Shown here: piece after piece, positions 50,851 to 61,998 of the stretch | Layout of the letters: every line of letters begins with the position of its first letter | How positions within the stretch are numbered: the first letter of the stretch is position 1 | NCBI RefSeq assembly: GCF_018350175.1 | Contig: NC_058368.1 | Span: forward strand, 237,152,001-237,216,000 | Reading direction: 5' to 3' | Source of the DNA: Felis catus | Taxonomy: Eukaryota | Length of the DNA: 64,000 bases | The notes under the pieces: model-generated | The model's input: only the letters and a program-made list of their open reading frames with translations | Databases searched by the model: none | What the model was told of the DNA's origin: nothing | Translations under genes and position numbers: made by a program

Positions 50851-51070
50851 GGGGCACCGGTTGGCTGGGTTGAACATCCGACTTCGGCTCAGGTCATGTC
50901 TTCTGGTTCACGAGTTCCACCCCGACATCGGGCTCTGTGCTGACAGCTCGGAGCCCGGAGCCTGCTTCGGATTCCGTGTCTCCCTTTCTCTCTGCCCCTC
51001 CCCCACTCATGTTCTGTCTCTCTAACTCTCTCAAGAATAAATAAACATTAAATTTTTTTTTTAAATATAA
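50851..51070 (+). mobile_element. Can-SINE head-to-tail with the previous copy
   Basis: Second full body starting directly in the A tail of the first. Confidence 0.94.
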
Positions 51071-51176
51071 AAAATTAAGGTGTATGACACCAAATGTTGG
51101 TGGGGATGTGGCATGATTAACTCTCCCTTGTTGTTGAGATTCTCATAAATTCCACTTGGAAAACCTTTCTGGCATG

Positions 51177-51300
51177 TTTTTAAGTAGGTTCCATACTAAG
51201 CATGGAGCCCAATGAGGACCCGAACCCACGACCCTGAGATCACGACCCAACCTGAGATCAAGAGTCAGATGCTCAACAGACTGAACCACGCAGGTGCCCC
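51177..51300 (-). mobile_element. Short older Can-SINE
   Basis: gagatcaagagtcagatgctcaacagactgaaccacgcaggtgcccc; TSD beginning aacctttt. Confidence 0.85.
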
Positions 51301-51541
51301 AACCTTTTGCCAATTTGTTAAAATTAAGTTAAACATACCCTCACTCCACCAACAGGAGTTCCAGCCTGAGGAATTCACTGAAAGAAATGAAAACCTACGT
51401 TCACAAACGCATGGGCAGGAAGGTAGTGGACCTGTATTCACAGTGGCCCCAGAGTGGACGCAACGAAATTGGGGATCCACGCAAGAGGAGGCCCACACAT
51501 TCAACGGAGCACAGCTCACCAAGAAGAAGGAGGGTGCTGCT

Positions 51542-51667
51542 GGGGCGCTGGGGGTGGGGCTCAGTCAGGTAAGCGTCTGACTCCGTTTCAGCTCAGGTCA
51601 TGATCTCGTGGTTCGTGGGTTCGAGCTCCAAGTCAGGCTCTGTGCTGACATCGTGGAGTCTGCTTGG

Positions 51668-51702
<35 letters not shown>

Positions 51703-51717
51703 CTTCCTTGCTCTCTG
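51542..51717 (+). mobile_element. Can-SINE lacking an A tail
   Basis: Head and (CT)n present, no tail. Confidence 0.88.
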
Positions 51718-52549
51718 AAGTACAGTCTCCTGAAAGTGCCTGGGCCCCAGGAACACGAGTAACACACAGGACATGACTGGAAGCTGAACCACACGTGAGA
51801 CACAGAACCAGTAAATATTAACAAGAACTGCGGAGAAGAGTGTTTCCACGAAAAAGACATAATTTGACCTTCTAACAAAATCGAAGAGAATTCCAAAGAA
51901 TTATGTGATGAAATACACTATAGGGAAAAAAACGGATTTAGTCTGAAATTTTACATGACGTGAATAAACTCTCCAGAGAGAGAGGGCTGAGGTCCTGGGG
52001 TTTTGCACCTCAACAGTATCGATTAATAAAAGAAAAAGAACTTGTATATAAAAGTAGATGAGAAATGAAAATAACTCACCACAGCAAAACTGTCGACATT
52101 ATTCGATAGGGCAAGAAACTATTTAATTTAAAAATTCATACACCATGTAATCCCACATAATCAGACTGATTCGTACCACTGGCAATCTCAAGATCTGATC
52201 TATATTCAGTTTGGGTCCAACTTGCTCTGTAGACACGAAATTGAAGCTGGACCACATTGTCGAACAGACAAACACCACGCACAGAAATTATATAAGCTTT
52301 CGGAAGCTCGATTCAAAAACAAATTAGATGGCCGCTTTCTCTCATTTTAGAGGGTTATAGTTGAATCGCCTAAACGTACCATCATTGTTACGTAGAGAAA
52401 TCCAGAACAGTAGTGACGCTTGAGGATTAAGTTATTTTATTTTCAAGGAGATCAAAGTGATTCCTGAGCTACCAAATGAAATGAAAGCTTTCAAGTTAAG
52501 TCGCCCTAGAACGGCGGAGTGGTTACCCGGAAAAGGTTACTAACGCCGG

Positions 52550-52715
52550 ATGAGTGTGTGTATGTAAGCGTGTGCATGTATGTGCACACAAGTGTGTGTG
52601 TGCACGACTGTGTGGATTGTGCGTGCACATGACTGTGTGTGGGTTACACACGTGTGAGTGTGCATGAGTGCATGGGTGAGCGTGTGCATGGGTATGTGCA
52701 TGAGTGTGTGTGACA
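52550..52715. repeat. Degenerate (TG)n/(TGCA) low-complexity repeat
   Basis: Seen directly. Confidence 0.9.
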
Positions 52716-52898
52716 CATTTAATAACACAGACGCTCATGCAATCTCAGCTTCAACTCTATTAATTTAAAAATCATTCTTGATGTCTTAATCTTGTTCAAA
52801 ATTATATTATTATATCAAAAACAATAATTTCCAAATTGTGTGTCACGTGCGACTACCCCCCACCCCCCGTGTGTTTTTATCTACATAAAGCGGGGTCA

Positions 52899-53112
52899 GG
52901 GAGCCCGGGTGGCTCAGTTGGTTGAGCGTCCGACTTCGGCTCGGGTCATGATCTCACTGTCTGTGAGTTCGAGCCCCGCGTCGGGCTCTGTGCTGACAGC
53001 TCAGAGCCTGGAGTCTGCTTCGGATTCCGTGTCTCCCCCTCTCTCTGCCCCTCCTCCGCTCATGCTCTGTCTCTCTCCGTCTCAAAAATAAATAAACAGT
53101 AAAAAAAAATGT
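52899..53112 (+). mobile_element. Can-SINE (SINEC_Fc-like)
   Basis: Canonical body; TSD tacataaagcggggtca/tacataaagcagggtca. Confidence 0.97.
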
Positions 53113-55149
53113 TACATAAAGCAGGGTCAAGATGTGAGTTGGGTCCGGAAGACGAAGGAAGACGACACCCGTGGGCCAGTCCAGGCCGTGCTGTCTCCAG
53201 TCACCGATTTTGAATCTGAAGACCCACGCTGACCAGGGAAGCTCTCCTGACCGCTGGTTGGCATCGCCAACCACCAGCCCCGACGGCAAGCAGACACGGC
53301 AAACCCACGGGAGTACGTGGCACGCTGGGCAGGTGTGAACAGAAACCTCCCAGCCCCGGTGGCCCGGTCCCTCCGTGCCTCTGCTGCAGAAAGCCTGGCT
53401 CATGTGAGTAGTCGGAAGGGCTCCCACTTGCCACGGTAGGAGCTCAGCAAAGCGCGCCGCTGTCCGGGGTCGGAGGCCCACGCTGCCCGCCTCCCCGGCC
53501 GGGCGGGTGGTGCCGTCGGCTCTGCCCTGTTTTTCAGGCGAGGGGGGGAAGCACGTTTTGAAATGCACCAGCTCGTATATTATCTACGAGCTAAGTGCCT
53601 GCCGCGCACCGAGCTCGATCAGAGGAGCTAAACTTCTGTAAACAACCAGAAACGGCTGTGCAAATGCCATTTTCTGGACATAAATAACAGAAACATATGG
53701 CCCGAGACAGGAAGTAGGGGCTACCTGGATGGATTGATATCCTGCTCGACAAGTGGCGATATTTATGACACGATCCCGCCTGACGGAGGAAGGAGGGGCG
53801 GTCAGCTAATGACTTTTTCATGAACTCTGCGGAGGCACACGCCGACCCCCGCGAGCCTTGCTGGCGCGCGGGTCCTGGGCGCCTGTTGCTACATATGGTC
53901 ACTGTCGAGGAAGAAGAGGTTTCTCCCGGAGGCCGAGAACGTGTCCCCGTGTCCAAAGCAACTCCGAGGCATCGCAGATTCTCACGGGGAGCAAGCCTCG
54001 CGCGGAGTTGACCCAGAAGAGGACTCCTTCTGTGACAATCGCCGTCCCCGCGCTTGACCGGCGGGGACGGGCGTGTGCTGAGACCACGTGGGAGGCCAAA
54101 AGGTGCAGGTGTACGTGTGACCCACAGTTCATATCCCGTCGTGGACCCACCAGGACCCCCGCAAGCGCCGGCCGAGTTTCTCACATTCCGTGGGCTCAAG
54201 CGCGAGCTTTTGCCTTGACGCACGCTGGCCTGGGCTCCACGTGCGGCTGTCCTCTGCCACCCACATGCCCTCCGCTTCAGGCACGCTCATTCTGGGCCAA
54301 ACTCGAAGGGCCGGGTTGCTGCCACTGAGCTCAGTTTCACCGATAACGGACAGACTGCTTTGCGTGAAGTTCTTTCAGGCTGGAAACACACTGCTTAAAA
54401 TAAGACCCGCGATAATGTAGGGAGATCTCCCCTTGGCCTGGCTCGGCCCCGGCAGCCCCCGTCCCCTCTCTCAGCCCCCCGGAGCCAGGCTTCTCCAAGG
54501 GGCCCGAGTCTCCAGGTGGTCTCCCCCCGTTGTCCTCTGTCCCGGTCTCACACAGGGGCCCGGTGGCTGCGGGGAAACTGAGTCACGGTGGTCTCGTCCA
54601 TCCTTCCTCTTCCCCATCTCCTGGAACATTCCCTCACAGTCTCCTTCCTACAGCCTGTTCTTCTGTTCGAGCTCGGAGCCCTAAGACTCCTTGCCGGGTG
54701 CTCTTTCGGTCACCGTCCACAGAGGACCCCTGGCCAGGCCTTCCCGAGCCCCGAAGCGAGCGCGGGCAGCTGGTTCCGGGGCAGGTGCTGGTTCGGCGGG
54801 TGTGGGTGGGGCCTGTGTCCAACCAGCTTCCGGGTGAGGCTGCCTCAGCACTTCCCTGGCTCTCTCCAGGCGGCAGGGGCAAAGGTGATCCCCTGGGCTT
54901 CCCGCTGGTGTCTTCTAAGCGCCACAAGTCTTGAGCGTGTCTCTTCAGTCTAGTCACGCCTCCCCAGCCCCTACCGCTAACTACCGCGTCCACCTGGCCG
55001 TCTGGTCGACCTCTCAAGGTGGCCCTGTCTGGAGGACAGGCCCTGGTCTCCTACCCCTGGACCAGGTTGGGCCATGAAATCAGTACCCTTCCCAAGGCTG
55101 AGGCCAAATCCAAACCACACCTAACTCATCAAAAAGTGCTCTTAGCTTT

Positions 55150-55640
55150 ACGACCAAGGTATCCCCGAGTCAGACCACTTCTCCCCACCGTCTGCTGTCG
55201 CCACTCTGAGCCACCACCTGTGGCCCAGATACAGTCCGGCCCCTCTAGCCCCCTGTCACCCAGCAGCCAGACGGCCCCTTCTCTGCCCAGGGATGCCCCC
55301 AGCGCCCAGAGGAAATGCCCGGGTCCCACGTGGCCCTCTCAGACTTACCCCACTCCTCTTGCCCACCTCACCCCACGCCGGCCACTCTGGCCACCAGAGA
55401 GCTTCTTCATGCGCCACACCTGCTCCCACCCCCGGGTCTCGCCCTGGCCATCCCGTGTGCCTGGACGCTCTTCCTGTGGGTCCCCGTGCCGTGCTCTTAA
55501 ACACAGCTGCTCCTTCTGCTTTGTTTCTGGTTCGTGGTCCGTCTCCCTTACGGGGGAACTCCAGGAAGGCAGGGTGTTGGTCCCCCAGCGCCGGACACAG
55601 CCCGGCTGATCCAGAATTACTCGCAGAATAGATACGCGAA
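55150..55640 (+). mobile_element. L2 3'-region fragment
   Basis: gccactctggcc...cacctgctcccacc...tgcctggacgctcttcc...aactccaggaaggcaggg...ccccagcgcc..acacagcccggc follows the L2a 3' consensus. Confidence 0.65.
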
Positions 55641-56209
55641 GGGTCAGAGGAAGAGCACAGATGGAGAAGGAGTTCTAAATCTAAAAGGAATTCACATTGA
55701 TTTGTGGATTTGTGGTCTGCCCAGACAAGTCCGTTAGCGGAAAATGTTTCTTTGCTAGTTCTACTTAAAAATATTTAATAGTGAAAGAAATGGAAAAGAA
55801 GCCAGATACCAGCCAGCCAGCAGCCAGGGTGTTTGGCCACCCTCCAGTGCCCCTGGACGGTGTGGCCTCTTCCCGTGGGAACAGCCTTTCCTGCCATCTC
55901 TACCCCCCGCACTGATCCCTCCACCAACGACCTCGTTTCTTGTGTCTCTACGGAAATCTGAGCAGGCAGAAGAGAGTGACTTTGCCTTCCCATCCCAGAG
56001 CCCCCAGACTCCAAGTATCTGTACCTCCCTCTCGCCCCTCCTCCCGGTCCTGTGGATAGGCCGTCTCCTTCTAGCTGAGGCCAGCTCTCCCCCAGGCACT
56101 GAATACGGGGTGACACCACATCTGGGGCTGCCCACACGACTCTTGATTGTGCCTGTTGTCACTGGTGCCCCCTTTCATTCTCAAGAACGTCCGGTTGTTT
56201 TTTTTCCAA

Positions 56210-56542
56210 AAAAAAATCTATAAGAAACATTACTGAAACAATTGATGAGATTGGAACATGAATTGGGATTAAATTTTAGCATTGCGTCAATAGTAACTTT
56301 TCTTATTTTGAAATTCGTCATGCAGTTGGGCAAAAAAAAAAAAAAAACAGTAAATAGACACTAAGGTGTTTATGGGTGAAAGGTCACAATATCTCCACCT
56401 TACTTGCAGAAGGTTCGGGAAAAAATGTGCATCTGCACAGAGATGAGAAACCAAATGGGGCCGAATGTGCACACCTGGTGAATCTGCAAAGTATATAAAG
56501 GGTTAACAAAACCTGCCGTGATAAAGCTCAAAATTAAAATGT
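56210..56542 (+). mobile_element. L1ME-type 3' UTR fragment
   Basis: taagaaacattactgaaacaattgatgagatt...aaatagacactaaggtgtttatgggtgaaagg...tggtgaatctg. Confidence 0.7.
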
Positions 56543-57825
56543 CTTTCCTGCTAGAAAGATGGGATAGATACACTCATTTCTGTTCCTCCCATGCAACACT
56601 ACTAAAAATTCTGGGCATCACATGTAAAACCAACAGAAGTCCCTGAAAGACAGAGGGAGGGTTGCAAACCCACTAGACTCCTTGAGACCCAAGGAAGTGA
56701 GCTCTCTCGCTCTTCTTTTTGCCCCAGAAACCCCAGACTTGGAGATAAAGAAGTTCACACCATAGAAACGCCAATGGTAGCAAAAAAAAAAAACGCAAGA
56801 GAAGCCTGCTCTCTCTGGCCAAAAAAACCAGGAAAGGAACGTCCTACCGAGAGGGAGAACTTGTAGACAATAATTGCTCTAAGGCAGCCGAACATGACAG
56901 GAACAAATCGGTGACTCCGCTCCCACCCTGGCCAGCTGAGGCCAAGTGGGAAGCCCAGACTCTGCCGTCCAAGGTTGTAATGAGACAGCGGTGTTGGGTC
57001 CGGGGCTCTCATTCCCGCTGGGTGGTAAGGACCACTCCCCGCAGTGTCAGGAGAGAACCTGTAGGGGCAGTAGTGAGGCGCTGCTGCTCTCCTGCATGGG
57101 GAGGCATCACCGGAGACCGAGTGGGGACCCAGAAGCCCCAAAGGAATCGTCACCTCGGGTGTCAAAGGGCACCACGTGGGCAGCCCAGACAGAACCGAGG
57201 CAAAGTCTGTTTTTCCCCTGCCAGAACCATGCCAGGAAAAGCCACTTAAAAGGTTTAAATAAGATTCAGAGACTCCAAAAAAAAAAAAAAAAATACCCCA
57301 ACTACTCAAGTTTCAGTCAAAACTCATTCATCCTACCAAGACTCCAAAATAAATAAAAGAGGATAATCAGTAGATTCTAACTTGGAGATGGTTGAGATAT
57401 TAGAATTATCTCAAAAATATTTTAGAGCAGTCATTAATTATAACGTTGTTTCAACAAACTCTTGTGAAACAAATGGAAGAAAAAAGAAAAAGAAACTGCA
57501 AAAAAATACAAGATATGTATTTTTGAAAAACCGTATGGAAATTTTAGAATTGAAAAATACAATGAATAAAATTAAATAATTCAGTAAAATAAAATAGATT
57601 GCAAATGACCAGAATGGAGGGGACAGAGGAATGAATTCATGACCTGGAAGACAGAAATATATAAATTACTTATCTGAACAATAGTGCATTAAGCGGATTA
57701 AAAAAATAAAGTCTCATACATATGGAACTATGACAAACGTCTAACATCTGTGTTATTGAAGTCTGGGGAAAAGAGGAGAAAGAAAGCAGAGGTAAAAAAC
57801 AAAGCAAAAACAAAAACAAAAACAA

Positions 57826-58035
57826 GGGCTCCTGGTGGCCCAGTCAGTTGAGTGGCCAACTTCGGCTCAGGTCGCGATCTCCCCGTTGAGTGGGTCTGAG
57901 CCTCGCGACGGCTTTGTGCTGACAGCTCAGAGTCTAGAGCCTGCTTCAGATTCTGTGACTCCTTCTCTCTGTGCCCTTCTCCTGCTAGTGCTCTGTCTTT
58001 CTCTCTCAAAAATAAATAAACATTAAAAAATTTTT
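57826..58035 (+). mobile_element. Can-SINE
   Basis: Canonical body inside an (AAAAAC)n target. Confidence 0.94.
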
Positions 58036-58419
58036 AAAAACAAAAACACCTTAAAAATAATGACTGAAAACTTCTCAAATTTGGCAAAATACATAAATCG
58101 ACAATTTCAAGAGGCTGAATGGGCCCCGAGCAGGATAAATCCGAGGAAATACACACCAAGACACAACAGAGTCAAAGTTATGTAAACTAAAGAACAAATC
58201 TTTAAAGCAGCAAGACAGAAATGATGCTTCATGTGTAGAGGAAAAGCCCAGGTAGTCGAGGGTTCCTTGTCAGAAACCTCTAGACTCCACAAGGAGGGTA
58301 GTACATTGTTTAATTCTGGAAAAAAGAAAAGTTATTGTATCCAGTGAAAATATCCTTTTTGGGAAGGAAAAAGGGAAAATCTTTTTCAGTTAAAGGGAAA
58401 TTAAGAAACTCTATTGCCA

Positions 58420-58632
58420 GGGCACCTGGGTGCCTCAATCTGTTGAGCGTCTGACTCTTGATTTCATTTCAGATCATGATCTCAAGGTTCGTGAGTTCAA
58501 GCCCCATGTCAGGCTCTGTGCTGACAGTGTGGGAGCCTGCTGGCGATTCTCTGTCTTCCTCTCTCTCTCTCTGTTCCTATCCCACTTGTGTGCACGTTCT
58601 CTCTCTCTCTCAAAATAAATAATAAAAAAAAA
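58420..58632 (+). mobile_element. Older Can-SINE
   Basis: Canonical body and tail. Confidence 0.93.
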
Positions 58633-59228
58633 AAACTTTATGCACGGCATGCTATCCTAGAGGAATGGCTAAGGAAATTTCTCTAAATTGAAAAAAAAAC
58701 ATTATCAAAGAAGCAAAAAGAAAAGAAACAAGGGAATCAAACAAATACACAGATAAAACACTGCAGCTCCCTTCTCCTCTTGAGTACCCCACATCACATT
58801 TGGCGATTCAAGCAAGATCTTATAACACTGTCCAATGTGGTTTCCATTTAAAGGAAATCTAAACAATGCTATCATAAATGAGGAAAGGTAGAGAGGCGCA
58901 TGGGAGGTCAGGTTCTTATTAGACTGATAAGTCATGCGTGTACCATTCACTACCTCGAGTAAACACTCACAAGCTGTGCAACACACACAAACACATACAC
59001 GAAACACTACCGACAGATCAAGACAGGACACTAAAAAGTGTTCAGCTAAGCCACAGAAAGGCAGAGAGAAAAGAACAAACAGAAAACAAAAAGTAAAAAA
59101 GCTGACTTAAGCCTTAACATATGAATTACATTAAATGCAAAAGTCTTAAACGCAATTAAAAAACAGAGGTTGACAGAGAGGATGTTAAAATGAGGACCCG
59201 ATGTATGATGTCTACAAGAAATTCATTC

Positions 59229-59423
59229 TATTTTATTTTTTCATGTTTATTTATTTTGAGGTGGGGAAGAAGGAGCAGAGAGGGAGGGAGAGAGAATCCC
59301 AAGCAGGCTCTGCACGGTCAGCGAGGGGCCTGACACAGGGCTCAATCCCACTAACCAGGAGATCATGACCTGAGTAGACATCAAGAGTCGGGTGCTTAAC
59401 TGACTGAGCCACCCAGGTGCCCC
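59229..59423 (-). mobile_element. Older Can-SINE
   Basis: TSD gaaattcatt at 59218 and 59424. Confidence 0.93.
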
Positions 59424-59890
59424 GAAATTCATTTTAATTATAACAATCTAATCAAAGTATGCAAAAATATGTACCATGCAAACTGCAACCAAAGGAAACC
59501 AAACCCAGATATGGGTGGCTATATTAATAATTAGTTAAAATAGATTTTAGCGCACAGAAGGTTAACAAGGAGGTATATACAATGATCCAATCTGTCAAGA
59601 CAACATAGAAACCCTAAGTGGGTATGCACCAAACAGCTCCAAAATATGTGAACCAAACATTGACAGAAACGAAAGGAAGAATAAGCAAATTTACAATTAG
59701 AGTTGGAGAACTGAAGAGCCCTTCCTCAGCAATTGACCAATGAGCTAAAAGAAAAATTTGGTACAACATTTAGCAAGGCTACAGAAGCAGTCAACAGGAC
59801 CTGGTTACCTTTACGGATCACTCCATCCAGCAACGGCAGAATATACACTCTCTTCCAGGACCCACAGAACTTGGACCAGTATGGACCATA

Positions 59891-61337
59891 CGGTACCAGC
59901 ATGGCTGCTGTTAAAAAACAGGCAATAACAAGTTGTTGGAGAGGGTGTGGAGGCGTTGAGACCCGCTGAGACCCGTTGAGACCCGCTGAGACCCGCTGAG
60001 ACCCGCTGAGACCTGTCGAGACCCGCTAAGACCCGTTGAGACCGGTTGAGACCCGTTGAGACCTGTTGAGACCCATTGAGACCGGTTGAGACCCGTTGAG
60101 ACCCACTGAGACCTGCTGAGACCCGTTGAGACCCGCTGAGACCTGTTGAGACCCGTTGAGACCCGTTGAGACCTGCTGAGACCTGTTGAGACCCGCTGAG
60201 ACCTGTTGAGACCCACTGAGACCGGTTGAGAATTGTTGAAACCCTTTGGGACCCTTTGAGACCCATCGAGACCCATTGAGACCCACTGAGACCCGCTGAG
60301 ACCCGTTGAGACCTGTTGAGACCCGCTGAGACCTGTTGAGACCCGTTGAGGCCCATTGAGACCTGCTGAGACCTGGTGAGACCCGCTGAGACCTGTTGAG
60401 ACCCATTGAGACCCATTGAGACCCCTTGAGACCCGTTGAGACCTGCTGAGACCTGTTGAGACCTGCTGAGACTCGTTGAGATGGGTTGAGACCCGTTGAG
60501 ATCTGTTGAGACCCGTTGAGACTGGTTGAGAACTGTTGAGACCTGTTGAGACCCGTTGAGACCCGCTGAGACCCGTTGAGACCTGTTGGGACACGTTGAG
60601 ACTGGTTGAGAATTGTTGAAACCCTTTGAGACCCATTGAGACCCATTGAGACCCGCTGAGACCCACTGAGACCCACTGAGACCTGCATGCACTGCTGGTG
60701 GGAACGCAAAATGGTGCAGGTGCTGTGGAAAATAGTACAGTAGCTCCTCAAAACCTTAAAACTAGGACTACCCTATAACCCACCACTTCCACGTCTGGGT
60801 GGAGACTCCAGACGGTTGGATGCAGGGTCTCTAGGAGGTATTTGAACAGCCCCGTTTACAGCAGCGGCCTCCCCAGCAGCCGAAAGGCAGAGCCACCCAG
60901 ACGTCCGCTGAGGGAGGAGTGGTCCATCCACACCGTGGCATCTGAGTCAGCCTTAAAGAGGGAGGGAGTTCTGACTCCCGATGCAGCACACATGAGCCAT
61001 GCGGATGTCACGCTAAGTGGATGAAGCATGACGACAACGGGGCAAATCTCGTGCCATTCCACGCACATGAGGGACCAGGAGTTGTCACGATCATCGATAT
61101 GGAAGTCGGGGGTGGGGGGCAGGGCTGGAGGAGGGCACAGAGGCGGGGAGCTCGCGTCTCCTGAGTGTCAGCTCTGCGAGGTCGTGGCAGTTCTGGAGGT
61201 GGGGGTGGTGGCTCCCGGCCCGCGACCTGAGGCCATTTCACACTAACGCCCGCCTGGCGCACTAAAAGTGGCTGAAAGGGAGAGTTTTATGCTGCGTGCG
61301 TTCTAACCACACTTAAAAACAACAGCAATAATAAAAA
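59891..61337 (+). mobile_element. L1MB-type 3' fragment (ORF2 C-terminus and 3' UTR) split by a minisatellite
   Basis: KKQAITSCWRGCG before the array and TCMHCWWERKMVQVLWK after it; L1MB-like UTR ending ttttatgctgcgtgcgttctaaccacacttaaaaa. Confidence 0.85.
59954..60686. repeat. 10-bp minisatellite, consensus ACCYGYTGAG, about 73 copies
   Basis: 72 consecutive 10-base blocks from 59961 to 60680 stay in phase with no indel. Confidence 0.98.
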
Positions 61338-61509
61338 CGTCAGGATCCCAACAGAAACGCGGCAAGCAGGGGATGTGGTGTTGGCAGGGGTGGGACAGTG
61401 ACACAGGGCGTGTTCGCAGAGGCCGACACCACCCCAAACCGGGTGCTTGTGGACTGAAATTTGCTAACATCCCCGCAGATCCTATGTGCTCTCTGTCCAC
61501 GAAAATCTT

Positions 61510-61707
61510 TTCTGTTTTTAGTTGTTATTTCTTTATTTTGAGACAGAGAAAGAGAGAACAAGCAGGAGACGGGCAGAGAGAGAGAATAATCCTCAGCAGA
61601 CGCTGCAGTGTGAGCCAAGAGCCCGACACAGGACTCAACCTCATCAAGCGTGAGATCATGACCTGAGTGGAAGTCGGCCGCTTAACCGGCAGCCACCCAG
61701 GCGCCCC
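61510..61707 (-). mobile_element. Older Can-SINE
   Basis: TSD ccacgaaaatctt/ccacaaaaatctt. Confidence 0.92.
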
Positions 61708-61798
61708 ACCCACAAAAATCTTGGGAAATCCTTTGATTGGTGTTTCGTGCAACAACTCAATACTGATTCTCCTTGTTTAAAAATAGAGCGTAAATATG

Positions 61799-61998
61799 GG
61801 GGCGCCTGGGTGACTCAGTCAGTTGAGTGTCCGACTTTGGCTCAGGTCATGATCTCGCGGTTCGTGAGTTCGAGCCCCGCCTCGGGCTCTGGGCTGACAG
61901 CTTGGAGCCTGGAGCCTGCTTCGGATTCTGTGTCTCCTCCTCTCTCTGACCTTCCCTGCTCTCTCTCTCTCTCAAAAATAAATATTGAAACATTTTCA
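61799..61998 (+). mobile_element. Can-SINE (SINEC_Fc-like)
   Basis: Canonical body; TSD ending agcgtaaata. Confidence 0.96.

Larger units (their letters stand above)
49840..51540 (+). mobile_element. Old L1 ORF2 3'-half fragment interrupted by SINEs
   Basis: IFNNGVEMTQWMKESLFNKW resembles L1 IFDKGAKNIQWGKDSLFNKW; later gaaaatgcaaattcagaccacagtgag and gacaccaaatgttggtggggatgtgg blocks. Confidence 0.85.
56543..59890 (+). mobile_element. Old L1M 5' UTR, ORF1 and start of ORF2, interrupted by three SINEs
   Basis: ORF1-like MEILELKNTMNKIK and gaaaacttctcaaatttggcaaaa blocks; ORF2 start aattacattaaatgcaaaagtcttaaacgcaattaaaaaacagag at ~59125. Confidence 0.85.

Noticed and set aside
59954..60686. 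CRISPR-like or engineered BsaI-site array
   Set aside because: There are no unique spacers or cas genes, the context is mammalian, and units vary like a natural VNTR.
59811..60751. Three overlapping 241-293 aa minus-strand ORFs (GLNGSQRVST repeats)
   Set aside because: The reverse complement of the 10-bp unit has no stop codon in any frame, so all three frames are open by construction. There is no evidence for a real repeat protein.
56543..61337. Intact or active full-length L1
   Set aside because: It has many stops and frameshifts, most of ORF2 is missing, and it is interrupted by SINEs and a minisatellite. The 5' and 3' parts may even be separate elements.
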